The notes under the pieces were generated by a model, which ran no database searches, was not told where the DNA came from, and saw only the letters and a list, made by a program, of their open reading frames with translations. DNA of 64,000 bases. It comes from an uncultured Acidobacteriaceae bacterium (GTDB taxonomy: Bacteria > Acidobacteriota > Terriglobia > Terriglobales > Acidobacteriaceae). The DNA is taken from positions 77,665 to 141,664 of the forward strand of contig CAWFNL010000002.1 in NCBI GenBank assembly GCA_963817165.1, in the 5' to 3' direction. The first letter of the stretch is position 1, and every line of letters starts with the position of its first letter. Below, piece after piece: positions 22,986 through 32,076 of the stretch. A program made the position numbers and the translations under genes.

Positions 22986-24287
22986 GTGACCTTCGACGCG
23001 CCCGCGCACGCACCGCACCGCCGCTGGCGCATCGCCATCCTGCTCGGGATCGGCGTCCTCGTCAACTTCTTCGACCGCGTCAACGTTTCCGTCGCCTTCA
23101 ACGCGCTCCACCTGAGCTGGGGCATCTCCGCCGTCGCCTTCGGCTACCTCGCCAGCGCCTACAACTGGACCTACGCCGCCCTGCAAATCCCCGTCGGCGT
23201 AGCGCTCGATCGCTTCGGCGTCCGCCGTGTCGGTCGCATCGCCGCCTTCCTTTGGAGCATGGCGTCCTTCGCCTCCGGCCTCGCCACCGGCATCTACACC
23301 TTCTTCGCCGCGCGCCTGCTGCTCGGCGTCGGAGAAGCGCCCACCTTCCCTTCCAACGCCAAAGCCATCGGCTACTGGTTTCCGGAAGACGAGCGCAGCT
23401 TCGCCACTTCTATCAATGACGCCGCTGCGAAATTCGCCTCCGCGATCGGTGTCCCCATCCTCGGCATTTTGCTCATCGCCTACGGCTGGCGCTGGAGCTT
23501 CATCTTTACCGGCGTCATCAGCTTCATCTACTTCCTGCTCTTCTGGAACGTCTACCGCAACCCCAGCGATGATCCGCGCCTCAGCCCCGCCGAACGCCAG
23601 CATCTCATCGATGGCCACGCTCAGCCTGAATCCGCACCCTCCGCGCACGTGCACGGAGCGCCGCTTCTCTACCTCCTGCGCCAGCCCCAGGTCGTCGGCG
23701 CCACCATCGGCTTCGCTGCATACAACTACGTCTTCTACCTGGTCCTCACCTGGCTCCCGACGTATCTCTCCATGAGCCTGCACGTCAACCTGCTTCACTC
23801 CGCGCTCGATACCAGCATCCCGTGGCTCGTCGCCACATTCACCGATCTTTTTATCGGCGGCTGGATGGTCGACACGCTCGTGCGTCGCGCCGTCACTCGC
23901 GGAGGCCGTCCGTGGCTCGTCCGCCAGGCCGTCCTCGTCGGTGGACTCGCCTTCGGCACCGGCATCTACGGCGCCCGTTTTGCGCACACCCCCACCGCCG
24001 CCGTCATCTGGATCAGCATCTGCATGGCCGGCCTCGGCGCCATGGCCCCCGTCGGCTGGTCCATCCCCTCCTTCATCGCGCCCCGCGAATCCGTTGGCCG
24101 GGTCGGCGGCATCATGAACTTCGCCACCCAGCTCGCCGCCATCTCCGCCCCCATCATCACCGGCTACTTCGCCCGCGCCCACAACTTCGGCGGATCCTTC
24201 GCCCTCGCCGCCATCGTTCTCGCCATCGGCATCGCCGGCTATGTCGTCGGCTTAGGCAGGCTGCAAAGAATTCCCGAACCAGCCTGA
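22986..24287 (+). CDS. MFS transporter (anion:cation symporter / hexuronate-type subfamily)
   Basis: 433 aa with 12 predicted helices. MFS loop motif ALDRFGVRRVGRIAAF and LLLGVGEAPTFPS. Confidence 0.85.
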   Translation: MTFDAPAHAPHRRWRIAILLGIGVLVNFFDRVNVSVAFNALHLSWGISAVAFGYLASAYNWTYAALQIPVGVALDRFGVRRVGRIAAFLWSMASFASGLATGIYTFFAARLLLGVGEAPTFPSNAKAIGYWFPEDERSFATSINDAAAKFASAIGVPILGILLIAYGWRWSFIFTGVISFIYFLLFWNVYRNPSDDPRLSPAERQHLIDGHAQPESAPSAHVHGAPLLYLLRQPQVVGATIGFAAYNYVFYLVLTWLPTYLSMSLHVNLLHSALDTSIPWLVATFTDLFIGGWMVDTLVRRAVTRGGRPWLVRQAVLVGGLAFGTGIYGARFAHTPTAAVIWISICMAGLGAMAPVGWSIPSFIAPRESVGRVGGIMNFATQLAAISAPIITGYFARAHNFGGSFALAAIVLAIGIAGYVVGLGRLQRIPEPA

Positions 24288-24324
24288 TCCGCCCCCGTTT
24301 GTTATCGTTTTGTCTTCTTATCCC

Positions 24325-24888
24325 TTATCCCTTACCCCTGCTCTTCAGTTCAAACCGCGCCCGCACCTCGTAGCGCGATCCGTCCGGACCGGGCACCGAT
24401 TCGTACAGTCGAAATTCATTGGCTACGAACTCCGCAGCTAAGCGAACCCGCGCCCGCTCCACCGCTGCCTTCAAGGGGCCCAGAGCCTTAGCGTTGCCAC
24501 GCCCCTTCACCCGCGCCAGCGTAATGTGCGGAGAATACGCGCGCGCCTCCGCGACAAATCCGCATGCGCGCGTCGCTGCCGTCACCTTCTGCTGCAGCGC
24601 CAGCAACTCCGCGGTGAGTTCCACCCGCGCATGAAACACGCCGGCGCGCTCAAAGAAATCCAGCCCCGCAATCCGCACCGGAACTGCCGCCGACCGCACC
24701 GCACTCAACTGTTGCATCACGCACGCGGTCTGCGCATCGTCGGCCGCGCCCAGGAATTGGAGGGTCACATGCCAGCTCTCTTCCTGAGACCAGCGCAGCC
24801 CATCGTCCGGGGCGGCAAAGCGATCCCGCACCGCACGCACGGTGTCCACAACCGAGGCCGCCAACCCTATCGCCACAAAAAGCCGCAT
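24325..24888 (-). CDS. thpR: RNA 2',3'-cyclic phosphodiesterase (2H family, LigT/ThpR)
   Basis: Two H-x-T-x motifs (WHVTLQFLG and PHITLARV) at the correct spacing in a 187-aa protein. Confidence 0.85.
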   Translation of the reverse strand: MRLFVAIGLAASVVDTVRAVRDRFAAPDDGLRWSQEESWHVTLQFLGAADDAQTACVMQQLSAVRSAAVPVRIAGLDFFERAGVFHARVELTAELLALQQKVTAATRACGFVAEARAYSPHITLARVKGRGNAKALGPLKAAVERARVRLAAEFVANEFRLYESVPGPDGSRYEVRARFELKSRGKG

Positions 24889-24943
24889 CGCAGACAGACT
24901 ACCGCTCCAGAATGACCACCCCCCAAAATGCTACGATCACCGT

Positions 24944-25282
24944 GTGCGCTGGTCCTCCATCCCCGCAGCCTGCATCGCCATCATTCTGGCGCTCGCCATC
25001 ACCTGCGTGCCGCTCTGCCAGGCCCAATGCCAGCCGCAAAAATCCTGCCCGCACCCCTGCTGCCCCACTACCCCCGTCCCCCAGTGCGATAACGGCGTCA
25101 CCCAACCCGCCGCGGCGACCTCTTCCTTTTCCGTAGCGCCCTCCTCCGTCGTGCTTGAAACCCTCGACAACGCGGCCGCGCAAAACCCCCATCAGGCGCG
25201 ACCCACGCCCAATCTCTTCGCATTCCCGCACACTGCGCGAACCACCAGCGCGCCCGCGCTCCCCATCCCCCTCCGCATCTGA
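24944..25282 (+). CDS. Small secreted Cys-rich protein (hypothetical)
   Basis: A GTG start gives VRWSSIPAACIAIILALAITCVPLCQAQ (signal-like), followed by CQPQKSCPHPCCPTTPVPQC. No visible SD. The longer 24842 start would overlap thpR on the other strand. Confidence 0.35.
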   Translation: MRWSSIPAACIAIILALAITCVPLCQAQCQPQKSCPHPCCPTTPVPQCDNGVTQPAAATSSFSVAPSSVVLETLDNAAAQNPHQARPTPNLFAFPHTARTTSAPALPIPLRI

Positions 25283-25357
25283 TCCACGCACCCTCCTCAT
25301 TTCCGCGGCCCTGAGAAATTTCGCCGACCCGTGTTTCCCCAACCAGAGGAGAAGTCC

Positions 25358-26647
25358 GTGTTCCACAACCTCCCCATCGTCGTCGCCGCTCTCTGCATCC
25401 TCGCGCCAGGCGTCTCCGCACAAACAGAAATGCCCGGCATGTCGAGCATGTCGGCCCCGCCCCAAACCTTCACCCAGGAAATCGAAGCACACACCACCTC
25501 CGGCACCAGCGCCGAGCCCAACTCCACGCCTGCGCCCATGCTTATGACGATGAGAGGCAAATGGATGCTCATGCTCCACGGCAACGGCTTCCTCGCCGAC
25601 ATCCAGCAATCCAGCCCCCGCGGCGGCGACAAGCTCTTCTCCACCAATTGGCTCATGCCTATGGCGCAACATCCGCTGGGCCCCGGCCAGCTCACCCTCC
25701 GCACCATGCTTTCCCTCGAACCCGCCACCGTCACTGGCCGCCAATACCCGCTGCTCTTTCAGCAGGGAGAGACCGCGTACGGCCGCCCCATCGCCGACGG
25801 TCAGCACCCCCACGACTTTGTCATGGAATTCGCCGCCCTCTACGACGCTCCCCTCGGCCCTCACGCGCTCCTCAGTCTCTATGCCGCGCCCGTCGGCGAT
25901 CCCGCCATCGGCCCCATCGCCTTTCCCCATCGTGCTTCGGCTCTCGAAGACCCCGTCGCCGCCCTCGGCCACCACCAGGAAGACTCCACCCACATTGCCG
26001 ACGATGTCGTCACCGCCGGCCTCACCGCTGGCTGGCTCCGTCTCGAAGCCAGCGCCTTTCACGGCCGCGAACCCAACGAGCATCGCTGGCAAGTGCAGCA
26101 GGGCGCACTCGATTCCTGGTCCACGCGCCTCACCGCCCAGCCCGGCCAAAACTGGAGCGGCCAAATTTCCTACGCCCATCTCCACAGCCCCGAGGCGCTT
26201 TTCCCCACCGAAAATCAGAACCGTCTCACCGCCTCCATCCTCTACAACCGTCCTCTGCACAACGGGAACTGGGCCAGCAGCCTGGTCTGGGGACGCACCC
26301 GCGATCTCCCCGACAACTTGATCGAAAACAGCTTTCTCCTCGAATCCACCCTACAGTTCGCCCACCGCAATTACGCCTTCACGCGCATCGAAGACGTGGC
26401 CCGCACCAACGAGCTGTTGCTCGGCGAAAATCCCTTGCCGCCCAACTTCCAGGAGCAATCCGCTGGACGCGTCCAGGCGTACACCTTCGGCTGCGACCGC
26501 GACCTCGGCCACACGGCTCATCTTGCCACCGCCCTCGGCGCGCAGGTTACCGCCTACGTCCCCGGCCCGCGTCTCGACCCGCTCTATGGAACCGATCCTG
26601 TTGGGGTCGTCGTGTTTCTCCGTCTCCGGCCGGTGGGCCAAAAGTAG
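25358..26647 (+). CDS. Secreted Met/His-rich protein, function unknown (possibly outer-membrane or metal-related)
   Basis: GTG start 6 nt after a GAGGAG SD. Signal peptide VFHNLPIVVAALCILAPGVSAQ, then a Met-rich stretch (EMPGMSSMS, APMLMTMRGKWMLMLHG) and GQHPHD. Long and uninterrupted. Confidence 0.6.
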   Translation: MFHNLPIVVAALCILAPGVSAQTEMPGMSSMSAPPQTFTQEIEAHTTSGTSAEPNSTPAPMLMTMRGKWMLMLHGNGFLADIQQSSPRGGDKLFSTNWLMPMAQHPLGPGQLTLRTMLSLEPATVTGRQYPLLFQQGETAYGRPIADGQHPHDFVMEFAALYDAPLGPHALLSLYAAPVGDPAIGPIAFPHRASALEDPVAALGHHQEDSTHIADDVVTAGLTAGWLRLEASAFHGREPNEHRWQVQQGALDSWSTRLTAQPGQNWSGQISYAHLHSPEALFPTENQNRLTASILYNRPLHNGNWASSLVWGRTRDLPDNLIENSFLLESTLQFAHRNYAFTRIEDVARTNELLLGENPLPPNFQEQSAGRVQAYTFGCDRDLGHTAHLATALGAQVTAYVPGPRLDPLYGTDPVGVVVFLRLRPVGQK

Positions 26648-26669
26648 TTTGCGCGGCGTGGAAAAATGT

Positions 26670-27692
26670 TCAATCCGCTGCGCCTTCCAGCACGTCCACC
26701 AGAAATTCCCGCAGCACCTGTGCGTTTTCTTCGGTAAGGTTTGCCTGGTCCTGGAATCGCGTCGCTGAACCCTGCCGGTCCGGCAACGCTCCCTGCGCCA
26801 TGCGCTGGTACAACGAAGCCCTCTCCTCCAGCGCGCGCAATGCCGACCACAGCGCGGTCTCAATCGCGTTCCGCTGCTCTGCGCCCAAATGCCGAGCGGT
26901 AAACGCATGCCCCACCCGGCAACGGAAGCGCAGAAACCCATGCTCCTCCAGCTCCCACAGCACGCCCCCGCAATCCGGGCACGCAAACGACGACGGCTCT
27001 CCCGGACGCTCGTCATTCGCGATTTGCGGCGCTTCATTTTCCAGGAATCGCGTCTCCTTCGCCTCCAGGGAGTCCGGATCGGCCCGTCCAGCAACCCGCT
27101 CGCCCACCCTGCGCCCTTCGTCCGGCAACTCTTCGCCCATCAGGCGCACCAGCTCGCCCGCAATCTTCTCCAGCGGCAGCACCGTTGCGTCCGGAACCGC
27201 CTCCAGCGCGTGCGTCGGCATGGCTCCATACAGCGCCGTATCCGGATCCTGGATCACCGCCGCGCCCCGGTGCGCCCGCACCACCAGCAATCCCGCGGTT
27301 CCATCGTCCATCAGCCCGGTCAGCACCACCCCGATGACCCGCGTTCCCCGATGCACCGCCGCCGAACGGAACAGTGGGTCGATGGCCGGACGATGCCGGT
27401 TTTCTTTTGGCCCCTGCAGCACCCGCAACTGGTCGCCCTGCACCAGCAGATGATGATCAGGCGGGGCCACATAGACGCGCCCCGGCTCGATGCGCGTCCA
27501 GTCCTGCGGATGGGTCACCGGCAAGTACGCGCCCCGCTCCAGAATCTGCGCCAGGTGGCTGTTGCTCCGGCTCGATGTGTGCTGCACCACTAATACCGCC
27601 GCCTGTAAATCCGCCGGCAGCCCGCGGAGCACCCGCTGCAGCGCCTCAATCCCCCCTGCCGAGGCCCCCATCACAATCAGATCGCGATGCAC
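26670..27692 (-). CDS. CheB-type protein-glutamate methylesterase domain protein without a receiver domain, with a C-terminal zinc-ribbon-like extension
   Basis: LIVMGASAGGIEAL (active-site Ser), VVQHTSS, NRHRPAIDPLF and GVVLTGLMDDGTAG. The C-terminus carries CPDCGG...RFRCRVGH. Confidence 0.8.
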   Translation of the reverse strand: MHRDLIVMGASAGGIEALQRVLRGLPADLQAAVLVVQHTSSRSNSHLAQILERGAYLPVTHPQDWTRIEPGRVYVAPPDHHLLVQGDQLRVLQGPKENRHRPAIDPLFRSAAVHRGTRVIGVVLTGLMDDGTAGLLVVRAHRGAAVIQDPDTALYGAMPTHALEAVPDATVLPLEKIAGELVRLMGEELPDEGRRVGERVAGRADPDSLEAKETRFLENEAPQIANDERPGEPSSFACPDCGGVLWELEEHGFLRFRCRVGHAFTARHLGAEQRNAIETALWSALRALEERASLYQRMAQGALPDRQGSATRFQDQANLTEENAQVLREFLVDVLEGAAD

Positions 27693-27902
27693 TCGTTTTC
27701 CGGTCTCCTCTTTCCTTTGGGATGGCTTCCGCGGCCATCGAGATTGCCGCTGCCGTGAATCGCTCGGAAAAGTGTGATATAGATGATGGAGAAATTTGGC
27801 CGCTGAGGCATCCGCGCTGGTCGTCCGCGGCTTCCAACCAGTGGCCGTTAACCTACGGTTCCAGGCTTAGATACGTTCGTAATCGCACCCCGGAGCTTGA
27901 AA

Positions 27903-28313
27903 ATGAATTCCCCAGTCGTGTTCGACAACAACACCGCCGTCCTCACCTCCTGGAAAGACATCGCTCGCTATATGGGCAAAGGCGTTCGCACTGTGCAGCG
28001 CTGGGAACAGGATTTCGGTCTTCCCGTGCGCCGGCCCCTCGGCTCCAACAAAAAAGCGGTCCTCGCGCGTCCCCGCGAGCTGGATGCCTGGGTCGCGCTC
28101 CGCTGCGGCAGTCGTGCGGAACAGTCTTCCCTCGGTCTCCCTCTCGATACCAAGGCCCGCGATCGCTCCCTCATGGTGCTCTCCTCTCTGAGTGCCAAAA
28201 TTGAAACCTCCCGCCTCCTCCGCGACAACAACATCATGCTCATGAATGAAGTGAAGGCAGCGGTCGAGGAGCTCAGAACCAGGCTCGACTCGATGCACCA
28301 GCTGGCCGGATGA
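27903..28313 (+). CDS. Small helix-turn-helix protein (excisionase/MerR-like HTH)
   Basis: SWKDIARYMGKGVRTVQRWEQDFGLPVRR is a classic HTH_17-like segment. The ATG at 27903 is preceded by GGAG; a TTG at 27897 is an alternative start. Confidence 0.55.
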   Translation: MNSPVVFDNNTAVLTSWKDIARYMGKGVRTVQRWEQDFGLPVRRPLGSNKKAVLARPRELDAWVALRCGSRAEQSSLGLPLDTKARDRSLMVLSSLSAKIETSRLLRDNNIMLMNEVKAAVEELRTRLDSMHQLAG

Positions 28314-28466
28314 CCATCGCCTTGCGCAGGCGTCGCCCATTCTCTGCGCGCTCATCACCTCGGCCGCTGTCTTCACCCTCTGCAGAGCTATAATCCAGGC
28401 CATTGGTTCTCCACCAATGCGCCTCGCGTGCACCGGCACCAGGCTGGCTTTTCCGGAGTCGCTGGC

Positions 28467-31238
28467 ATGACCGTTCCCAGAACAATTCGGGGCCAATCCA
28501 AACACGGCGAGGACGCTTCTCCATCCCCCGCCAGGGAATCCGCCCCCCCCATGTCGTCAGAATCGAAAACATCGAACTCCTTCCCCATCGTCGGCATCGG
28601 AGCCTCCGCCGGCGGCCTCGAAGCCTTTACCGCCCTCTTTACCGCGCTGCTCCCCGACCTCGACATGGCCTACGTCGTCGTTCCCCATCTCGATCCCCAG
28701 CGCGCCAGCTCCATCTCGCAAATCCTCAGCCGCACCACCACCATGCCCGTCGTCCAGATTGAAGATGGCATGGTGCCCCAGCCCAACCACGTTTACGTCA
28801 TTCCTCCCAACTGCGACCTCCGGATGGTCGACTCCCGTTTCCAAATCAGCGATCGCGAACACACGGGCCCGGGAAACACCACCATCGACACCTTCTTCCG
28901 CTCCCTCGCCGAAGACCAGGGCAGCAACGCCATCGGTGTCATCCTCTCCGGCACCGCGTCCGACGGCACCCACGGCCTCACCGCCATCAAGGGCGAAGGC
29001 GGCATCACGTTCGCCCAGGAAACGCACTCCGCCCGCTATGACAGCATGCCCGCCAGCGCCATCGCCGCTGGTTGCGTCGACTTCGTCATGCCGCCCGCCG
29101 AGATCGCTCAGGAACTGGCCCGCATCCGCCGCCATCCTCTCATTGCCGGCGCCGCCGGGCATCGCATCGATGGAACCGACGGCCCCCACGATGCCTGGAT
29201 GGCTCAGATCTTCCGCTTGCTGCGCCGCATCACCCGCGTTGACTTTTCTGACTACAAGCTGCCCACCATTGGCCGCCGCATCCAGCGCCGCATGGTCCTC
29301 CATAAGATTGAAAATCTGGGCGACTACGTCGCGCTCCTCAATCGCGACCGCTACGAGGTCAGCGCCCTCTACCAGGACCTGCTCATCAACGTCACGTCCT
29401 TCTTCCGGAATCCCGAAGCCTTTGAGGCTCTCAAACAGACCGTTTATCCCGCCCTCCTCGAGGCCCGTACCTCGGCGCCGCTGCGCATCTGGGTTCCCGG
29501 CTGCTCCACCGGCGAAGAGGCCTACTCCCACGCCATCTCCCTCGTCGAATTCCTGGGCGACAATCGCTCCGATATCCCCATCCAAATCTTCGGCACCGAC
29601 CTCAGCGAGGCCGCTGTCCAGCGGGCCCGCGCCGCTGTTTACAAAGAGAGCATCGAGGCCGATGTCAGCCCCATCCGGCTACGCCGTTTCTTCCATCGCA
29701 CCGACGGCGGCTACCAGATCAGCAAGACGATTCGCGACTTATGCATCTTTTCCACCCAAAATATCTTCAGCGACCCGCCGTTTTCCCGCATGGACCTGGT
29801 GAGTTGCCGCAATGTCATGATCTATCTCGGCCAGGCGCTCCAAAAACGCGTCATCCCCGTCTTCCATTACGCCCTCAATCCCACCGGGTTTCTTATGATA
29901 GGAAATACAGAAGGCCTGCTGGGTGTGGGATCGGACCTGTTTGACATGATCGAGAAAAAGCAGAAAATCTATCGCAAGAAGCCCGTTCCGCGACCCGTGA
30001 CCTTCAGCTTCTCCATGGGCCATCACGAACAGGATGCGCGCGCCGCTGACATTCCCGCTCAACCCATCGGTGTCTCCGACGCTCTCAAGGTGCCCATCGA
30101 GCTGCAGCGCGAAGCCGACCGCCTCCTCATCGCCCGCTACGCGCCCCCCGCCGTCGTCGTCAACGATCACATGGAGATCCTGCAAAGCCGCGGCCGCACC
30201 GGTAACTTCCTCGAGCTCGCCCCCGGCAAGGCCAGCCTCAACCTCCTGCGCATGGCCCGCCCCGGCCTGCTCTTTGAGCTGCAAAGCGCCATTGATCAGG
30301 CGCGCACCTCCGGCGTCGAAACCGAACGCCGCAATCTCAACGTCGAAGGCGAGACGCAGAACTTCATCACCAACGTCCGCGTCCTGCCCTTCCGCACCCC
30401 CATTCACGATCAGCAGAATTTCCTCATCATCTTTGAGCCGCCCCCCGCCGAAGGCGAAATCCAGTCACCGCGCATCACTGAGCCCCTCACCGAATCCGAG
30501 CGCGCCGAAAAAGAAAAGCAGCTCGCCCAGTTGAAGCAGGAATTGGCCGCTACCCGCGAATATCTGCAGTCCATCATCGAAGTCCAGGAAGCCACCAACG
30601 AAGAGCTGCAGTCCGCCAACGAAGAAATTCAATCCGGCAACGAAGAGCTGCAAAGCACCAACGAAGAGCTGCAAACCTCAAAAGAAGAGCTGGAATCCGC
30701 CAACGAAGAGCTGCACACCGTTAATGAGGAAATGCAGCATCGCAACGATCTCCTCACCCAGCTCAACAACGACCTCAACAACCTGCTCAACAGCATCAAC
30801 CTGCCCCTGGTCATGGTGAACTCCGACCTCAGCGTCCGCCGCTTCACGCCCCAGGCTACCTCCGTGCTCGGCCTCATGCCCGGCGACGTCGGCCGACCCA
30901 TTCCCCGCCTCAAGCTCACCATCGATACACGGATCCTTGAGCAGGCCATGCTCAAGGTGATGCAGGACGTCCAGCCCCAGCACAATCAGGTGGAGGACAA
31001 CGAGGGCAACCGCTTCACCCTGCGCATCACGCCCTATCGCACTCTCGACAACCGCATCGATGGCGTCGTGCTCACCGTCATCGATCGCAGTCCCAATGGC
31101 AAAGATGGACATGACGGAACCCACGCCAGGGACGGTCACGACGGCGTCCCCAGCAAAGACGGGCACGACGGCCACCACCCCGCCAAACACGAAGCGCCCG
31201 CCGGCGCAAAAAAGCCAGCCCCGGCGAAGAAGAAATAG
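28467..31238 (+). CDS. Fused CheB-like methylesterase / CheR-type SAM methyltransferase / coiled-coil / PAS protein
   Basis: CheB-like IVGIGASAGGLEAF...VVPHLDP. CheR-like DFSDYKLPTIGRRIQRRM, FFRNPEAFEAL and IWVPGCSTGEEAYS. Seven NEELQS heptads, a PAS-like C-terminal region and a His-rich tail. The start is uncertain: GTG 28428, ATG 28467 (GGAG upstream) or ATG 28551. Confidence 0.85.
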   Translation: MTVPRTIRGQSKHGEDASPSPARESAPPMSSESKTSNSFPIVGIGASAGGLEAFTALFTALLPDLDMAYVVVPHLDPQRASSISQILSRTTTMPVVQIEDGMVPQPNHVYVIPPNCDLRMVDSRFQISDREHTGPGNTTIDTFFRSLAEDQGSNAIGVILSGTASDGTHGLTAIKGEGGITFAQETHSARYDSMPASAIAAGCVDFVMPPAEIAQELARIRRHPLIAGAAGHRIDGTDGPHDAWMAQIFRLLRRITRVDFSDYKLPTIGRRIQRRMVLHKIENLGDYVALLNRDRYEVSALYQDLLINVTSFFRNPEAFEALKQTVYPALLEARTSAPLRIWVPGCSTGEEAYSHAISLVEFLGDNRSDIPIQIFGTDLSEAAVQRARAAVYKESIEADVSPIRLRRFFHRTDGGYQISKTIRDLCIFSTQNIFSDPPFSRMDLVSCRNVMIYLGQALQKRVIPVFHYALNPTGFLMIGNTEGLLGVGSDLFDMIEKKQKIYRKKPVPRPVTFSFSMGHHEQDARAADIPAQPIGVSDALKVPIELQREADRLLIARYAPPAVVVNDHMEILQSRGRTGNFLELAPGKASLNLLRMARPGLLFELQSAIDQARTSGVETERRNLNVEGETQNFITNVRVLPFRTPIHDQQNFLIIFEPPPAEGEIQSPRITEPLTESERAEKEKQLAQLKQELAATREYLQSIIEVQEATNEELQSANEEIQSGNEELQSTNEELQTSKEELESANEELHTVNEEMQHRNDLLTQLNNDLNNLLNSINLPLVMVNSDLSVRRFTPQATSVLGLMPGDVGRPIPRLKLTIDTRILEQAMLKVMQDVQPQHNQVEDNEGNRFTLRITPYRTLDNRIDGVVLTVIDRSPNGKDGHDGTHARDGHDGVPSKDGHDGHHPAKHEAPAGAKKPAPAKKK
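30594..30740 (+). repeat. Seven in-frame 21-nt heptad repeats inside the CheB/CheR fusion
   Basis: Reads TNEELQS ANEEIQS GNEELQS TNEELQT SKEELES ANEELHT VNEEMQH directly in the translation. Confidence 0.9.
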
Positions 31239-31331
31239 CCCCCCGGCCGTTCACCAGCGAATCCATTCCGTCCCGCACCCGTCTTATAAAGAGTCCGTCT
31301 GATACAAAGGCTCTCTGGAGGGCCCAGTCCC

Positions 31332-32015
31332 ATGCGCGTGCGCCAATTCGGCGGTCTTCTTCTCAGCACTCTTACCTTCGGCCTCATCGCCTGCACCGCC
31401 CAGGCCGCGCCGCGCACCCCCATTCCCGCCGCCAACGCCGACGTCGCCCTCGCCGCCGCACCCGGCAAGCAGAAAGCCGTCTTCGCCGGAGGCTGCTTTT
31501 GGGGCACGCAGTCCGTCTTTGAACGCGTCAAAGGCGTCCTCAAAACCACCGTCGGCTATTCGGGCGGCTCCGCCGAAACCGCGACCTACGATCAGGTCAC
31601 CACCGAAACCACAGGCCACGCCGAATCCGTCGAAGTCGTTTACGATCCCTCCAAAATCAGCTACGGCCAGCTGCTGCGCATCTTCTTCTCGGTCGCCCAC
31701 GACCCCACCCAGCTCAACCGCCAGGGCCCCGACGTCGGCACCTCCTACCGCTCCGTCATCTTCTACGAGAACAAAGAGCAGGAGCGCATCGCCAGGGCCT
31801 ACATCGCGCAACTCGACGCCGCCCACGTCTTCCCCTCGAAAATCGTCACCCAGGTCACGCCCCTCGAAGCCTTCTACCGCGCCGAGGATTACCACCAGGA
31901 CTACGCGCTCCACAACCCGGACAATCCCTACATCCAGGTCTGCGACCGCCCCAAAATCGAAGCCCTCAAACAACAATTCCCAGAGCTCTTCCAGGACTAC
32001 CACGGCCAGAAATAG
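31332..32015 (+). CDS. msrA: Peptide-methionine (S)-S-oxide reductase MsrA with an N-terminal signal peptide
   Basis: Active-site GGCFWGTQSVFERVKGV. N-terminal MRVRQFGGLLLSTLTFGLIACTAQA suggests export. Confidence 0.9.
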   Translation: MRVRQFGGLLLSTLTFGLIACTAQAAPRTPIPAANADVALAAAPGKQKAVFAGGCFWGTQSVFERVKGVLKTTVGYSGGSAETATYDQVTTETTGHAESVEVVYDPSKISYGQLLRIFFSVAHDPTQLNRQGPDVGTSYRSVIFYENKEQERIARAYIAQLDAAHVFPSKIVTQVTPLEAFYRAEDYHQDYALHNPDNPYIQVCDRPKIEALKQQFPELFQDYHGQK

Positions 32016-32076
32016 CCGCCCCTTCGTAACCAAACAAACCGGCCCGCGGCGCACGGCATCTTAGCCCGCCAGAGCC

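Noticed and set aside
24296-24324. Short 7-nt tandem (cttatcc cttatcc cttaccc) between the MFS gene and thpR
   Set aside because: It has only about three imperfect units at the very 3' end of thpR. It is too short to be meaningful.
25561-27453. 630-aa plus-strand ORF rich in Arg/Pro/Ser
   Set aside because: It is an out-of-frame overlap with the 25358..26647 gene and antisense to the CheB-like gene. The composition is typical of wrong-frame translation of GC-rich DNA.
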